DNA of 64,000 nt from the human T2T-CHM13v2.0 reference genome, Homo sapiens (GCF_009914755.1 NC_060927.1); one strand, 5' to 3'. Positions 1 through 15,409 are shown, numbered from the stretch's first letter. Numbers and translations are program-made. Notes: generated by a model not told the origin, from the letters alone.

Positions 1-680
1 CTACCTACTGGGACAGTTATAATCAAAAAGAATAACAAATGTGGGTATGGATGTGAAGAAATTGGATCCCTCATATATGGAAATGTGAAATGTTACAGCC
101 ACTTGGAAAATGGTCTTGTAATTCCTTAAATGATTAAATGGAGAATTATATCACCCAGTTGTTTCACCCCTTAGTATATACCCCACAAATGAAAATACAT
201 GTTCCTCAAAAACTTGTACACAAATGTTTATAACAGTATTATTCATAATAGCCAAAAAGTGGAAACCACCCAAATGTCCATTAGTTGACTAATGTGTAAA
301 CAAACTCTGGTATAGTGGAATAAAATTTGTCAATAAAAAGGAATCAAGTGCTGACAAATGCTACAACATGGATGAACCTTGAAAATATAAGTAAAAGAAG
401 ACAGTCATAAAAGGCCACATGTTGTATGATTCCATTTATATAAAATGTCCAGAATATGTAAATCCATAGAGACTGAAAGTAAATTAGTGACTTTCTAGGG
501 TTGGGGGAAGGAGGAAACAGGGAATGACTGCTAATGTATTCAGGATTTCTTTCTGGGGTGATGAATGTCTTCTGGAATTAGTGATCAATACACAACTTAG
601 TGAATATATGAAAACCACCAAATTTCACACTTTAAAAGTGAGTTTTATGGTAGGGAATTATGTATCAATAAAAGTATTAT
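1..680 (+). mobile_element. Old L1 (L1M-type) 3' fragment
   Basis: L1 3'-end motifs (tattcataatagccaaaaagtggaaac, aacatggatgaaccttgaaaa, atgattccatttatataaaatgtccagaat); ends near aataaaa. Confidence 0.75.
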
Positions 681-2489
681 TTTAAAAATCTTAACAACCA
701 TGAACATATTTTCATGAGAAATCCACAGTAGTGTCTTTTAAATTGTTATGTTCAAAAGATTTTTTTTTTTAACAGCAAGGGGGGAAAAGTAAGGAAATGA
801 TGCTTTTCACCATCATTGGGAAAACCGCCTCTGTAACCATATTTTACTCCTACTCCCTCTCTCACCTCCCCTTACTGCTCCAAACTCTGAGGCTGCAAGA
901 CACCCAAGTGGGAGTTTGGAACTTCCAAGGCACAGTCTTTTTATCTATTAGCAAATTCATTTTTAACCACAAAGGTCTGAGGGCACACTCTTACTGCATT
1001 CAATACAAGTCTTGGACATTCCATTTCTGTCATCTAGAGCATCATATAGTGGCAAAGCCCTAGTCAGATTTATCTCTGGTGCCTTTCCAGCTTTCATTTC
1101 TGTTCCACTGCTCCACATCCTAGGGACTCAGGGGCTCTTAGGTGTCTTCTGATTCTCAGGAGCCTGTACCAGACCTGGCCTCATCTGCACCACAATCCCA
1201 AGATCAGAATTACTCTCCTTTTCTCCCACCTGATCAAAACTATTTCTGGTTGTCTCTGCTTCTGATTTTAATTAATTAAAATTATTCATGCTAAAGCTGA
1301 AGGTAACAATTGCTAATCAAAACTAATGTCTTAAATGTATTTATTTTATGAAGGTATTTCCTAGCTTTGTTCACTGAAAAGGCAAAAACAGTGACAAACT
1401 GAAAAAAAATGAGCCCCCACTAAGGAGTCTCTAAAAACATTTCTTTAAAAGAACCAGAGCCCATTGGGAGGAATGTGTGATTCCAACTCGGGCAGAAAAC
1501 ATTTAAAATCAGTCTGGAATATCTTGTCAGAAAGAAAGCTATCAATGACCACTGATGATGTGTTGAAAGGACTCGGGAGCCAACTTAGAAGGGTTCCCAA
1601 TGGGATTAAAAGGAACAACTGAAACAGTCTAGAGCACATCACGTGTAAAAATGCAACGTAAGGAAGTGCAAGAAAACCAATTTGTTCATTTTAAAACTGG
1701 CAAATAAAGGGAAAGAATCCAGCATTTATTCCACATTTTCTGCATGGTTTATGCCTTAAGATAACCAAATAGTTAATGTGAAGGGGGAGAATACCACCAT
1801 TTTGCAATCCCTAATGAAATGAATGGATCTAGGTAATAATCACCATTGTCTGCTAAAAAAAAAAGATAGATGAAAGGTTGATGGGGAACTTTCTAAAAGG
1901 TGAATCAGACTGATAGCATGTACTGAACAATCTTAATATGAAAAGAGACAAAATTGGCATATGCCTATTGATGTGGCATAATAAGACAGACACAATACCA
2001 CCTATGACATTCTTGCTAAAAGATCTAATCTAAATCTTTCAAGCCTCAAAAATCTGTTTACAAGGAATAGAGGAGTTTGGAGAATATGTTGGGCAACACC
2101 ATGGGGGTGTGATAAGCAAAATCTAAAATTGAGGGACACTATAGGACTAAAGACTGGTTTCTTTAACAAATAAATTATTTTAAAAAGTAAGAGGGGAGAC
2201 CTATAGATTTAAAGAAACTCAGGAAGCATCAGCCATATTCAGTTTGTGCACCTATTTTGAATAAGCCAACTGTAAAAAAAAATGAGCCTATCAGAAATTT
2301 CATCTTAATAGGATTTGATCATAATATACTGATAATAAGGAACATTTAAAAATTATATTAGTATTTCAGTTATGATTTTGAAATACATACTGAAGTATTT
2401 GTGGATGAACTAATATAATATTTGGGATTTGCTTTAAAACAATCTAGTAAGGGGTAGATAGTAGATGGAGTTTAGGTTAAACGATATTT

Positions 2490-4086
<1,597 letters not shown>

Positions 4087-4096
4087 GACTGAGAAT

Positions 4097-4411
<315 letters not shown>

Positions 4412-4929
4412 TTACTATATAGAGATGTTCATTGGGGAGAAAGTCAATAGAGTCTTGAATATTCTCGTGATGTGCAGAATAATTGTGTAGAGATTATTTT
4501 AAATCATAAATACATCTTATATCTTAATATCTTAAATATGTTTTGTTTTCCATATATACTTAAGATATTTCTATGAAAATGTCTTATCCTAATATTTGCC
4601 AGCAAGAGTCTTGTGTAACCTTTTGAAAGTTGAGTAATAACTGTAATGCTGCTTTGCTTATTTTTCATAAAACAGTGATTTTCTTTAATATATCTGAAAA
4701 TGCATTTTTCATTTATTTTTTCTTATTATTATATGTATATATCAAGTGTGGCATTTGAGAGTCTGTTGATAAAATTTACAAAAGTAGAATTACAATTTTA
4801 TGTTAATGATGAAAGAATGACTTATAATATTCACCTGATTGTATCTCTTATTTTGTGTGCTTTTGTTAAACATATGTCGATTTATTTTGCCAACATGATT
4901 ATATAGACAGAGAACTCCTTTTCTTTCAG

Positions 4930-5089
4930 GTTGGTTCATGTGATCCTGGTTAATGGAACATAAGTGAGATTTTATGGGTGACAGGGAGAGAGATCAGGCT
5001 TGACTTGAGAGCACGTGGGAAAAGAAGGGGGCTATCTCTTCGCAAAGATTTAAGTATCTTATAAGAACTGTTTGCCAGTGCAATTATGA
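4930..5089 (+). other. FAM162A: Candidate alternative FAM162A exon ending in ATG-A, in frame with exon 2
   Basis: Acceptor ctccttttctttcag| at 4929, donor |gtaagt at 5090; ATG at 5086-5088 with A at -3. Confidence 0.6.
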
Positions 5090-5202
5090 GTAAGTGTATT
5101 TGTGCCTAATTTTTATTTTTTAAAAGCTCAGGTGATTATAATTTCATCTGTGAAATGTTGGAAGTATAGTCTGATTAAAATAGTATATATCTAAAAAAAA
5201 AA

Positions 5203-5660
5203 AATAGCCATTCTGGCTGGTTGTGAGATGGTATTGCATTGTGGTTTTGATGTGCATTTCTCTAGTGATCAGTGATGTTACTTTTTCTTCTGTATGCCTG
5301 TTGGCTGCACGTATGTCTTCTTTTGAAAAGTGTCTGCTCACGTCCTTTGCCCACCTTTTAATGGGCTGGTGTTTTTTTTCTTGATAATTTGTTTAAGTTC
5401 CTTATAGAGCTGGATATAGACCTTTGTCAGATGCATAGTTTGCAAAAATTTTGTCTCATTCTATAAGTTGTCTGTTTGTTGATAGTTTCTTTTGCTGTGC
5501 AGAACCTGTTTAGTTTCTGCACAGTAAAAGTTAAATTTATTAGATCCCATTTGTCCATTTTTGCTTTTGTTGCAGTTGCTTTTGGCATCTTCATCATGAA
5601 ATCTTTGCCCATTCCTATGTCCAGAATGGTATTGCCTAGGTTGTCTTCCAGGGTTTTTAT
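5203..5660 (-). mobile_element. L1PA-type fragment, continuation of 2490-3375
   Basis: Resumes the L1 sequence aatagccattctggctggttgtgagatgg; minus-strand ORF2-like peptide [15 protein letters not shown]. Confidence 0.85.
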
Positions 5661-6313
5661 AGAGGTTAAATGGTATTTATTAGCCATATAGCGATCATTG
5701 TTGAAAATGGGTGATGAGTATATAGGGGTTCGTAATGCTACTATCTGTGCTTTGAGTTTAAATTTTTAAAATAAACTATATATATTATATATATAGTTTT
5801 AAAGTTATATGTAGTTCAAAACTACATCTAAAATTGATTTCTAATTAAGGACTTGTGGCTTGCAAGGAGCAAGGCTTTCTAGAGTCACTTGCTGACCACT
5901 GCAGCCCCCTAACCAGTTTATCAGCATCGTATTGGCAACTTGGTGACCTAGTTTATCACTTTTGGGAGGTTACTAATCTTTACTTAAACAGCCCTGATGC
6001 CATAATACATAATATTGCCACCAGAGCCATTGTTATGATAAGACACATGTGGGAAGTACTTATTTAAAATTTACAGCTGATAACATTTTTATGTTGTAAA
6101 TTCCTAATTTCCTAATCAATAAAACATTTATATTTTAAAACAGCATCAAGCATAGCACTTTAAATATACTATGTGTATCTTACATATAGTAAATTCATTT
6201 CCTAAATGAACTACCTTTTATAAATGAAACGTAACTTGCGGGTATTTCTTATTTTGAGAAAACATCACATTTTCTTTCTTTCTTTCTTTGAAACATTTTC
6301 CTCTCTTTTTTAG

Positions 6314-6436
6314 GAAGCTGTTTTAGGTTATGTGAAAGAGATGTTTCCTCATCTCTAAGGCTTACCAGAAGCTCTGATTTGAAGAGAATAAATGGATTTT
6401 GCACAAAACCACAGGAAAGTCCCGGAGCTCCATCCC
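6314..6436 (+). CDS. FAM162A: FAM162A (HGTD-P, mitochondrial protein) exon 2
   Basis: ag|...|gtaagt; encodes SCFRLCERDVSSSLRLTRSSDLKRINGFCTKPQESPGAPS. Confidence 0.95.
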
Positions 6437-6620
6437 GTAAGTTTTTATTTTTTCTATTTATGGAGTTGGTAGCTCCCAAAGAGTAGGAAAACTTGGAATC
6501 AAAAGAACCCAAAAGAGAAGAGGTTCCTATATCATACCCTCCCATGTAGAGAGAACACATTGTGTTCACATTGTGCATGTGCACATGACCAATATGAGCA
6601 CAACATGGGAGGCCTGAGGG

Positions 6621-6833
6621 AGGCCCATGTTCCTACATCATACCTCCCATGTTTTACTCATATGCAGGCCCATCTTCCTACATCACACTTCTCATGTTTT
6701 ACTCATACGTAGGCCCATGTTCCTACATCATACCTCCCATGTTTTACTCATATGCAGGCCCATCTTCCTACGTCACACTTCTCATGTTTTACTCATACAT
6801 AGGCCCATGTTCCTACAGCAGACCTCCCATGTT
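6621..6833. repeat. 45-bp minisatellite, ~4.7 units with alternating variants (90-bp higher order)
   Basis: aggcccatgttcctacatcatacctcccatgttttactcatatgc alternating with aggcccatcttcctacatcacacttctcatgttttactcatacgt. Confidence 0.95.
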
Positions 6834-7811
6834 GTATTAATATTGGTCATGGGCACATGCACAGTGGTTTCTTCATTTTCAGCATTTGTCATTTTCATCT
6901 TCTTGCCTGTAGGGTTGGACTGGAGCTTTCTGTAGGAGAATGGATGCACCAAAGTAAATAGTAGTCCAGAAATTATGTTTTAAAGAACTCTAAAGATGAA
7001 CCAAATTAAGATATTATGCGTTAGGTAAAATATAAGCAGGGCCTTCTCCTTATCACCCTCACTGGCTCTCCCTTTGCACTGATTTTTATCTCTATTCCCG
7101 ACTTATTAATGAAATGACTCAGATGGCATATATTCCCTTCAGAGTCAGCAAATCTTTAAGTAGTATTCATGCTCTTTCCTTCCCCAACTGGGTCTTTTCC
7201 CGTCTTCTTTTAGTTACAATACTGCTGTTGTCTTAGTCATCCAAGTTTGAGGTTCTTCGTGACTCCTTCCTCTTTGTCTTAACCAGTCTCCACATTCTTT
7301 CAGTCATCCTCAGACTGACCTCATCTCTCTTTCCACTGCGACAACTCTGGTTCAGAGAATATCCGCTCACCATGGTATTACAGGCTCCCATTTGGACTTT
7401 TTGCCCACTCTACCGTGTCCCCCTTTTCTGTCTCCATCCATTGTACAGATAATAAGCCTTCCTAAAACATTAGTTTCTTCCTTGTTTCAAAATGTACAGT
7501 AGTTCCCAATCAAGTCTAAACCCCTTAGCCTGACATTCAAGATCTGGTAAAATCTGATTGTACCTTACAAACTTTTTCTTAGTCTGCTGAAGTCAGACAA
7601 GCTCCTCACCGTTTCCTTGGGATTTTATAATCTTATTTGGAAAATGAAGCATCCTAAGAAATTCCATTCAAATAAAGTTCTAATTAACTTGAGGTTTCTC
7701 AGTGTTTCTGTTTAGTGACTAGTTAAAAAGCACTAATACCATTTTTCTGTTGTTAAATTTGAGAGTTATAATCTCAAACACATAAAATTTCTTGTCTGGT
7801 TTTTCTCATAG

Positions 7812-7917
7812 GCACTTACAACAGAGTGCCTTTACACAAACCTACGGATTGGCAGAAAAAGATCCTCATATGGTCAGGTCGCTTCAAAAAGGAAGATGAA
7901 ATCCCAGAGACTGTCTC
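7812..7917 (+). CDS. FAM162A: FAM162A exon 3
   Basis: TYNRVPLHKPTDWQKKILIWSGRFKKEDEIPETV; ag/gtgagt boundaries, phase consistent. Confidence 0.95.
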
Positions 7918-8437
7918 GTGAGTGCTGAATTTAGTATTACAAGCAGCTTTCATTTCTCACTGATCTAAGGGAAAAGCAATGCCTCTGAGTTCCAACTGTT
8001 TAAAACTTTTCAACCAAATTTGAAAACATTTTTCACTTTTCCAAATGTTTTATCTTTGGTAAGTACTTGGAATATAAACAATGCTAGAAAACCTGTGTCT
8101 TATCATTGTTAAGTTACACAGTGACTGGTGAAGAACTGTCAGGTACTCTGAAGTCAATTGATTATTTGATTTCATCCCCTGGCTACAGAAGTGTGACTTT
8201 TTTAAAGTTTGTTTTTAATCTAGGTATATAAATTAAGTACCATTGACAATGACTGTATTCCCCCAAATCCACTTAAGTACTCAACCTTAGGTGTAAAAGT
8301 ATTTAATTGCAATATTCTGGAATTCAGGAAAGAGTGCTTCCTGTCACCAACTTCCTTAAACCTAAGGGAAGGGATCTTGGCTGGGATCATGGAACTTTTT
8401 CAGAGTTTGTAGATGATGAGTGCAGGTTCCTCCAACC

Positions 8438-8657
8438 CAGTTTCTCAACTCAGTACTATTGATATTTGGGGCTTGATAATGCTTTGTGGCAGGGGGGTGT
8501 CCTATTTGTTGGAAGATGTTTGGCAGCATCCCCGGCTTCTGCCCCCTACATGCCCGTAGCATTGCGGCAGTGCTGACAACCAGAAATGTCTCCAGACACT
8601 GCCAAATGTCCAAGGGGCACGAGCGGGGTGGGAATCTCCCCTGGTTGAGAACCAGTG
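8438..8657. mobile_element. MER20 (hAT-Charlie) DNA transposon
   Basis: cagtttctcaac...aatgtctccagacactgccaaatgtcc...ggttgagaaccagtg. Confidence 0.8.
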
Positions 8658-9838
8658 CCCTAGCCTCATGTTAAAGACCCTGACTGGCTGGCATCTTGGC
8701 TAAAAAGAGATTCTGAGAAATAGATGTCATCTCCTCTGTGAGGCATCATCCTATTCAGGGACAGGGACTTCAGACAAAGCTCATGGAAGTTCCCTGTCAG
8801 CAAGAAACTATTCCTGGATCTTCTGGTCTCTGGTTTCAAGTCATGATTGAAAAAGATCTGAGCTCATTCAGGATTTCTTTCCCAGGGAAATATGTAGTAT
8901 TTACTTTCTGTTTACAACAGCTTTAATAGAGCTTTTCTGCTTCTGCCAGTCAAATTGATAGCACATTACTTTAACTAGAATTATTTCAGCAGGAAAGCCC
9001 TGGTTTTTCTTAGCTCAAGTCATGTATTCTTCTGGGAAATAAGAGAATACTGGAAATAACAGTGACATCAGGTTCTTGCCTATGCCCTAATTCTTCCTAT
9101 ACCAGCAGAAAATAAGCTGGTAGACACCCATGGCCTTAACAGATGCTGTATAGGCTTTGCTATAGAACACCTTCCTCAGTCTGCCTAATAGTTGGTTCCA
9201 AGATCCCCTCAGGCCCAAAATACTACCTCACGAATCACTCTGGAAGGGTCTTTTCTGGGCCTGGGCAGCCATTTGTCCTTGTGCTGGTAGTTCTGAACAG
9301 GCACTGCTTAACTTGCCCATTCCTATTACTCCCTATGGAATGGATTACTTTTCATGAGGATCATGGCACTTCAAATCCCATAAAATACCGTCAACATGGG
9401 AAGTCAGTTTGTGGTTAGTGGAATCTCAGGTGCTCCTAACTGACCAATTTGACAGTCCTTAGCAGTTGTCTTGGGTTCCTGCCAGCCTGCAGGCCCAGCT
9501 TAAGTGCCTGGAGAACCCCGTCCACATGCTGCCTCACAGGTCCCAGCTCCTACATCACATTGTACATGGCTTCATCATCTTCCTCCTTCCACCTGCAACA
9601 TCCCAGACTCTTTGCCTCCTTCCAAGCATTTTTAAAGTACTCCCCTCCCCAATTTTAAAAGTAATATATGTTAAATATCTCAGGGGAAAGAAAGCACTTC
9701 AATCCCATCATCTAGAGATAATCACTTCCTATTTACACATCTACTGAGAAGGCCATAAATTAATCCTGGGCCCCATAAGGGCTCCACATCCCCTGCCTTG
9801 AGGTTCTGCCAGACACCGAGGTAACAGAATCGTGACCA

Positions 9839-9965
9839 CCAGGTGTGGCAATGCATGCCTATAGCCCCGGCTGCTCAGGAGGCTGAGGCAGGAGGATCGC
9901 TTCAGTCTAAGATTTTGAGTCAGCAACATGGTGAGACCCCATCTCTTTAAATAAAGTAAATTAAA
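9839..9965 (+). mobile_element. Alu monomer (FLAM-like)
   Basis: Degenerate Alu left-arm motifs with A-rich tail. Confidence 0.7.
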
Positions 9966-10836
9966 AATAGAACCATGACTCACTGCCTACTTGCAAAATC
10001 ACCAAGGTAGATTGGCCTTTAGACTCTTCTATATTAAGCCTCTTAGGTTTCACACAAGAATGATGAACCAACCATCAACTTTTTTTTAAGGCACATGGGT
10101 CTGTATTCAGTAGATAGGTTAGAAGAGCTGCACTTTGGCACTTGCCAAAGACCACAATATCAAGTTCACTGTCACTCAATTTTAGCAAAACATTTGTTTA
10201 AAAAGATAAATATTGAGGAGCATTGCTTAAAGGATCTTCCTACTATTTTACATATTCTCAAATCTATTCTGGGTTCAAGACAGAGAGCAAAAAGCTGGGT
10301 ATATGGAGCACATTGGTTAACTTTCTCCAATGTTTGATCATTCTGAATTGTGCTTTGTGTTGAAACATATGAAGCTTATTGTAGTATCTGTTGTCGAGAT
10401 GTTTTCAGACGATGACTACATCACATAATGTCTTCTTAAGAACCTCAGGGAGAAATTACTGTTTCACTTCTAGCATTTATAGGCTGCTTGGAAACCTGAG
10501 AGCCAAAATTGGGGTCCACCATAGCAAGTGTAGATTAATATGCCTTGCCCATTTTTTTTTTTTTTGGCTTTGTTCTTGACTTCTCTTTTTGTTTTCTTCT
10601 TTTGTACTTAATTGTGTGCTATCCTGTATTTTATACATAAATGAGTTACGAAAAATGCCTCATCCTCCCCAAAGTCCTATGAGATCTCTAGGCCCTTTTT
10701 AAAGAGATCTCTAGGTCTCCCTATTTATATTTATAGACACTACTACATTTTGAATTTATACACAGCCTTTTATCCTGAGCAACTTCAGAAAGGGAAAAGT
10801 TAATAACTTTCTCTCATGATCTCATTGTATTACTAG

Positions 10837-10945
10837 GTTGGAGATGCTTGATGCTGCAAAGAACAAGATGCGAGTGAAGATCAGCTATCTAATGATTGCC
10901 CTGACGGTGGTAGGATGCATCTTCATGGTTATTGAGGGCAAGAAG
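10837..10945 (+). CDS. FAM162A: FAM162A exon 4 (transmembrane segment)
   Basis: LEMLDAAKNKMRVKISYLMIALTVVGCIFMVIEGKK; ag/gtgag boundaries. Confidence 0.95.
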
Positions 10946-11454
10946 GTGAGAAGGGGTTTCTTCTCTATCCAGTATGTATGTTCTCCACCAAGAACCTAGA
11001 GTAAATCAGGGATTGACCCTTGTATTTACCCTCTGAGAAGAGGAGGCTACTTTCTACATTACATGAGAAAAGATAAGCAAAAAAATAAGACATATTGGGA
11101 ACAAGCCTGGAATATCATCCTTGGGGATAGATAGCAAATCCTAACTTTGGCGTGGTGAAGAAGGACTAGATTCATTTTGTGTAATGTAAATTTAAAAAGT
11201 GTTTCTGATGACAGGTGTCATAATGTAAATTAAGAAATAGGACACTGGCATATTTAATCACCCACTGCATATTTCCAGAGTGCTCTTGGTACCCAAGTGT
11301 ATTTACCCTCACCATAACTGCCTTCAGCATGGTGAGCTTTCTTAGCGGGGTTCTTTATTTGAAGCTCAGCCAGACAGGGCCATGTGTCTAAGGACCACAG
11401 CTCCTAAGCAGTACATAGGAATACAAGTCCAGAAATCTTTAGCACAGATTATAA

Positions 11455-11830
11455 TTAATAGCTATCACTAATTGAACACTCACTGCATTCCAGGTACTTT
11501 TCTAGCTGGTATCTCATCTGAACCTCACAAAAACACTGTAAGATAAGTATTATTAGGACCTGATTTATAGATGAGGAAAACTATAGCTTAGAAAGCTTTA
11601 GTAACTTGCCCAAGGCCACATATCTCCTTAATGACGAGCCACAGTGTGAACCTAGACCCAATTCAGGTAATAGGAAAATTCCTCCCATTTATTGAGTGCT
11701 TATTATGTAACAGGCACTGTTAAGCTCACTTAATCACCCCCATAACCCTAAGAGGTAAATAGTTTTCCCAAACTCACACAGCTAACAAGTGGCAAGATAA
11801 AAATCTAGACCCAAGTTTGCAGGTTACCAA
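11455..11830. mobile_element. MIR fragments
   Basis: MIR core motifs atagatgaggaaaact, gtaacttgcccaaggccaca, tttattgagtgct. Confidence 0.65.
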
Positions 11831-13294
11831 ACCTCATACTATACTATCTTGCTATTAAGCCATAGTTATTTTTATATTCAGCAGCTTTGGTCAAATTCTT
11901 CTTTTAATACCATGTATAATTCTATATATCACAGCTTCCATGTGGAAAGTGATGTCTTACAACTACTTTAAGATACTAAAAAGGTCCTTCTATACACGCA
12001 CTCTTAACTGACTTTCTTATCCTCAGTAATTCCAGAGTAAAAGGAAATGTACTTTTGGCTGTCTTCATTCTTGCAGTTAAATGGAAATACTGACCATTTT
12101 AGGCTGACCTCATGGGAGTACGAAGGGGCAAATGTGCTGAGCTGGGTGAAGTTCTCTTGAAAACTCTGTTCCCACCCCACTTCATTTTTTCTTGTCTCCC
12201 TCTTTGACCTCTCATGCATAGTTCTCAGATTAAAACCAGCAGAAACATGTGGACAGGACTGTGAGCTTCTAGGATTCTGAGAAATTTGCATTGCTTTTGT
12301 GTACTCGATTGTACTAGCTGAGTTTAAATACTCCAGAAGCAAATTATTCACCTGGAATCTCTTCTAGCATCATCCAGGGGTATATGCTGTGTATTTTAGA
12401 GAGTTCTTCTCCTGTTCTTTACCATAAAATTGTAACATTTTAGTTTTATGGAATTTCTGTTTCCATAAATACTACTGGAATGGAGAACTTTTGAACTCAA
12501 TGTGATTTGGAAGAGAAAAATTAGCCATTGCATATTTTGCTCTCACCATCAACTTCCCTTTCTCCCCCCGCTCCCCCACCCCCCGCCACATACCCAATTC
12601 TTTTACATATGAAATTACACAGATAGAAGGAAATATCAGCTTAGGGTGCTAGTTTCACTATTTGGTATAAAAGTGTTGAAACTGGCCTGTATGTAAGCTT
12701 CATAGAAATCTGACCGTTTACATGGAGGGAAACAAGGGAAGAGGACGGTTGCCTCCCCCACTCAAAGGTTGGAATTGTAGTACAGATACTCGTGGAAATC
12801 ATCAATGGTAGTATTTGGGTAAAGTCTGGGATTCCCAAAGCTGAATGTTTTTGGTAAAAGAGAAGTGAGGAACTAGAAGGATCTGAGTATGCAGATAAGT
12901 TGGGGAAGGAGAAATGGCAGCAACAGAGAAAAGTGAAAGAAGAAAAACGGGATAGAAATGGCAATGAGAAGGTATTTAGTATAAAAGAGAAGTGGGGTGG
13001 AATGAGAAGAAAGTATAAGAGAAAAGGAGAGGATAAAGACTGAAAGAAAGGGGCCAGAAGGGAAGAAAAAGGAGAGGTGTGGCACTTCTTACTTATGCTT
13101 GAGTGGATGAGCTGCTGTTCTTGGAAGCGTACGAGGAAGTTGAAGCACATAGAGGAAACTGCCGTGCTCAGTGTCCAAGCAGCAGAGGACTCCATGCCTC
13201 CATGCCTCTGTTAACCTGCTGTCATCAGTGCAAGGTAAAGACACCCTCCCCTGACCAGCATACAAATCACCTGTTCAAATCTGTTTTGCTTTAG

Positions 13295-13387
13295 GCTGCC
13301 CAAAGACACGAGACTTTAACAAGCTTGAACTTAGAAAAGAAAGCTCGTCTGAAAGAGGAAGCAGCTATGAAGGCCAAAACAGAGTAG
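13295..13387 (+). CDS. FAM162A: FAM162A exon 5 coding part
   Basis: AAQRHETLTSLNLEKKARLKEEAAMKAKTE then TAG. Confidence 0.95.
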   Translation, partial: AAQRHETLTSLNLEKKARLKEEAAMKAKTE

Positions 13388-13536
13388 CAGAGGTATCCGT
13401 GTTGGCTGGATTTTGAAAATCCAGGAATTATGTTATAACGTGCCTGTATTAAAAAGGATGTGGTATGAGGATCCATTTCATAAAGTATGATTTGCCCAAA
13501 CCTGTACCATTTCCGTATTTCTGCTGTAGAAGTAGA

Positions 13537-13542
13537 AATAAA
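13537..13542 (+). terminator. FAM162A: Proximal poly(A) signal of FAM162A
   Basis: AATAAA 150 nt after the stop, followed by a GT/T-rich element (gtgttttattgttttg). Confidence 0.7.
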
Positions 13543-14240
13543 TTTTCTTAAATAATGACTGTGTTTTATTGTTTTGATCCAAGTCAAGTGTAGCCTCTCA
13601 GCCTTTTGGAGAAAAATGAAACAATTTATTTCAACTTGAATACCAACTCTTCAGAGAAGCAGGTACCATATCTTACTTCTCTTCCCATTATCAAAGTAAC
13701 CTCTCCACAGGCGAACTCATTTTGAGGAGATAAGGAAGGCCAGTTGAGTATATGGCCCAGGTGCAGCTTGGAGGGCCAGCCTTCTCAAATGTCCTGGTGT
13801 ACTGGTGGGGAGGCTGCCCCCTAATAGAGCGAGCGCTGAGAAGCAGCCAGACCACATTCTATAATCTTTGAACATGCTGGCAGATGGAGGCTTTTAGGAG
13901 AATAGTTTTTTAAACATTCTGACAAGGTCCAGCCAGGAATTTCTAAGGACTTAGAAATCCCAGCGTCATGGAGTTGCTTGGGGTCAACACAAGTCACCTC
14001 TTAGCTTCATGCCTTAGAATTCTCAACTGGCTGTTTTCTTACCACCTGAGAAACTAAATTTCTCAATTATAAAAATCTCATGTATTATTACTGTTAGAAG
14101 TATTTGCACCTCATATATATCTCATTTACAGTTTGACCTTGGGATATCGAGTTGTCTCATATTTAGGTATGAATACAGGTTTCTATTTTAAACATTGATT
14201 CTCACATGCTTCTTAATTATTCATGGATGACAAGCCATTA

Positions 14241-14683
14241 TAGTAGTCCCTTCTTATCCACGGCTTTGTTTTCTGTGGTTTCAGTTACCTGAGGTCTGAA
14301 AATATTAAATGGAAAATTCCTATAACAATGCATAAGTTATAGATTACATACCATTCAGTGTAGCATGATGAAATCTCTTGCCAATCTGTTCCATCCACCT
14401 GGGATGTGAATCATCCCTCTCTCTGGTGTATTCACACTGTATGTGCTAGCCGTCTCTGTTACGAGATCAGCTGTCGTGGAATCAGTGCTAGTGTTCAGGT
14501 AACTCTTATTTAATAATTGCCTCAAAGTGCATTGTGCTGTGCCTAATTTATAAAATAAACGGTATCATAGGTATGTATGTATACGAAAAACATAGTATAT
14601 GCAGGGTTGGGTACTATCCACAGTTTCAGGCATCTACTGGGGGGTCTTGGAATATATCCCCAGAGGGTAAGGGGTGACTACTG
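14241..14683. mobile_element. MER44-like (TcMar-Tigger) element
   Basis: Terminal inverted repeats tagtagtcccttcttatcc / gggtaaggggtgactactg with TA flanks. Confidence 0.8.
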
Positions 14684-15116
14684 TATACAGCCATGCCAAC
14701 ATGCTGGTTCTCAGAGAGTTATAAGAGAGATTAAAAATACATGCAGCTGTTTGGGCACTTTCTTCCCAAATAAAATACCCAGTAAAATGTAACATACTAC
14801 CTATAGCTTGATAATCTATCTGAGGATGTTTATGATGTCTGTCTATATACTTTAATTTGGCCTTAGCTTCTTTGTAGGTATCAAGTTATCACTTGCAAAT
14901 TTATTTTCAAAAAGCATAGTTTCTTGTACATTTTAGAAGATTAGTTTTTCTTATTTTGGGACACCTACACCAATGTTTTAAATGTGGATAAATTTTAATG
15001 TGGAATTTCTTTTAAAAATAATCCTCTTCATAGAGCAATACAACAAAAATGTGTTGTATCTTGGAGATTTACATTATAAATGTAGTAACATTTATGAGCT
15101 TAAATTTAATGAAACC

Positions 15117-15409
15117 TTTTTTTTTTTTTGAGACAGTCTTGCACTGTCGCCCAGGCTAGAGTGCAGGGCATGATCTCAGCTCACTGCAACCTCCGTCTCC
15201 CGGGTTCAAGCAATTCTCGTGCCTCAGCCTCCTCAGTAACTGGCATTATAGGTGTGCACCACCACACCTGGCTAATTTTTGTATTTTTCATAAAGACGGG
15301 GGTTTCACCATGTTGGCCAGGCTGGTCTCAAACTCCTGACCTCAGGTGATCAGCCTCCCTCGGCCTCCCAAAGTGCTGGGATTACAGGCATGAGCCATGG
15401 TGCCTGGCC
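15117..15409 (-). mobile_element. AluS
   Basis: Full reverse Alu with poly(T). Confidence 0.95.

Noticed and set aside
6621-6935. Regular repeats resembling a CRISPR array, and the His-rich ORF 6627-6935
   Set aside because: Units are contiguous with no unique spacers in a eukaryotic intron; the ORF arises because 45 is divisible by 3
12641-13195. 184-aa minus-strand ORF
   Set aside because: Low-complexity translation of a purine-rich intronic stretch with no recognisable homology
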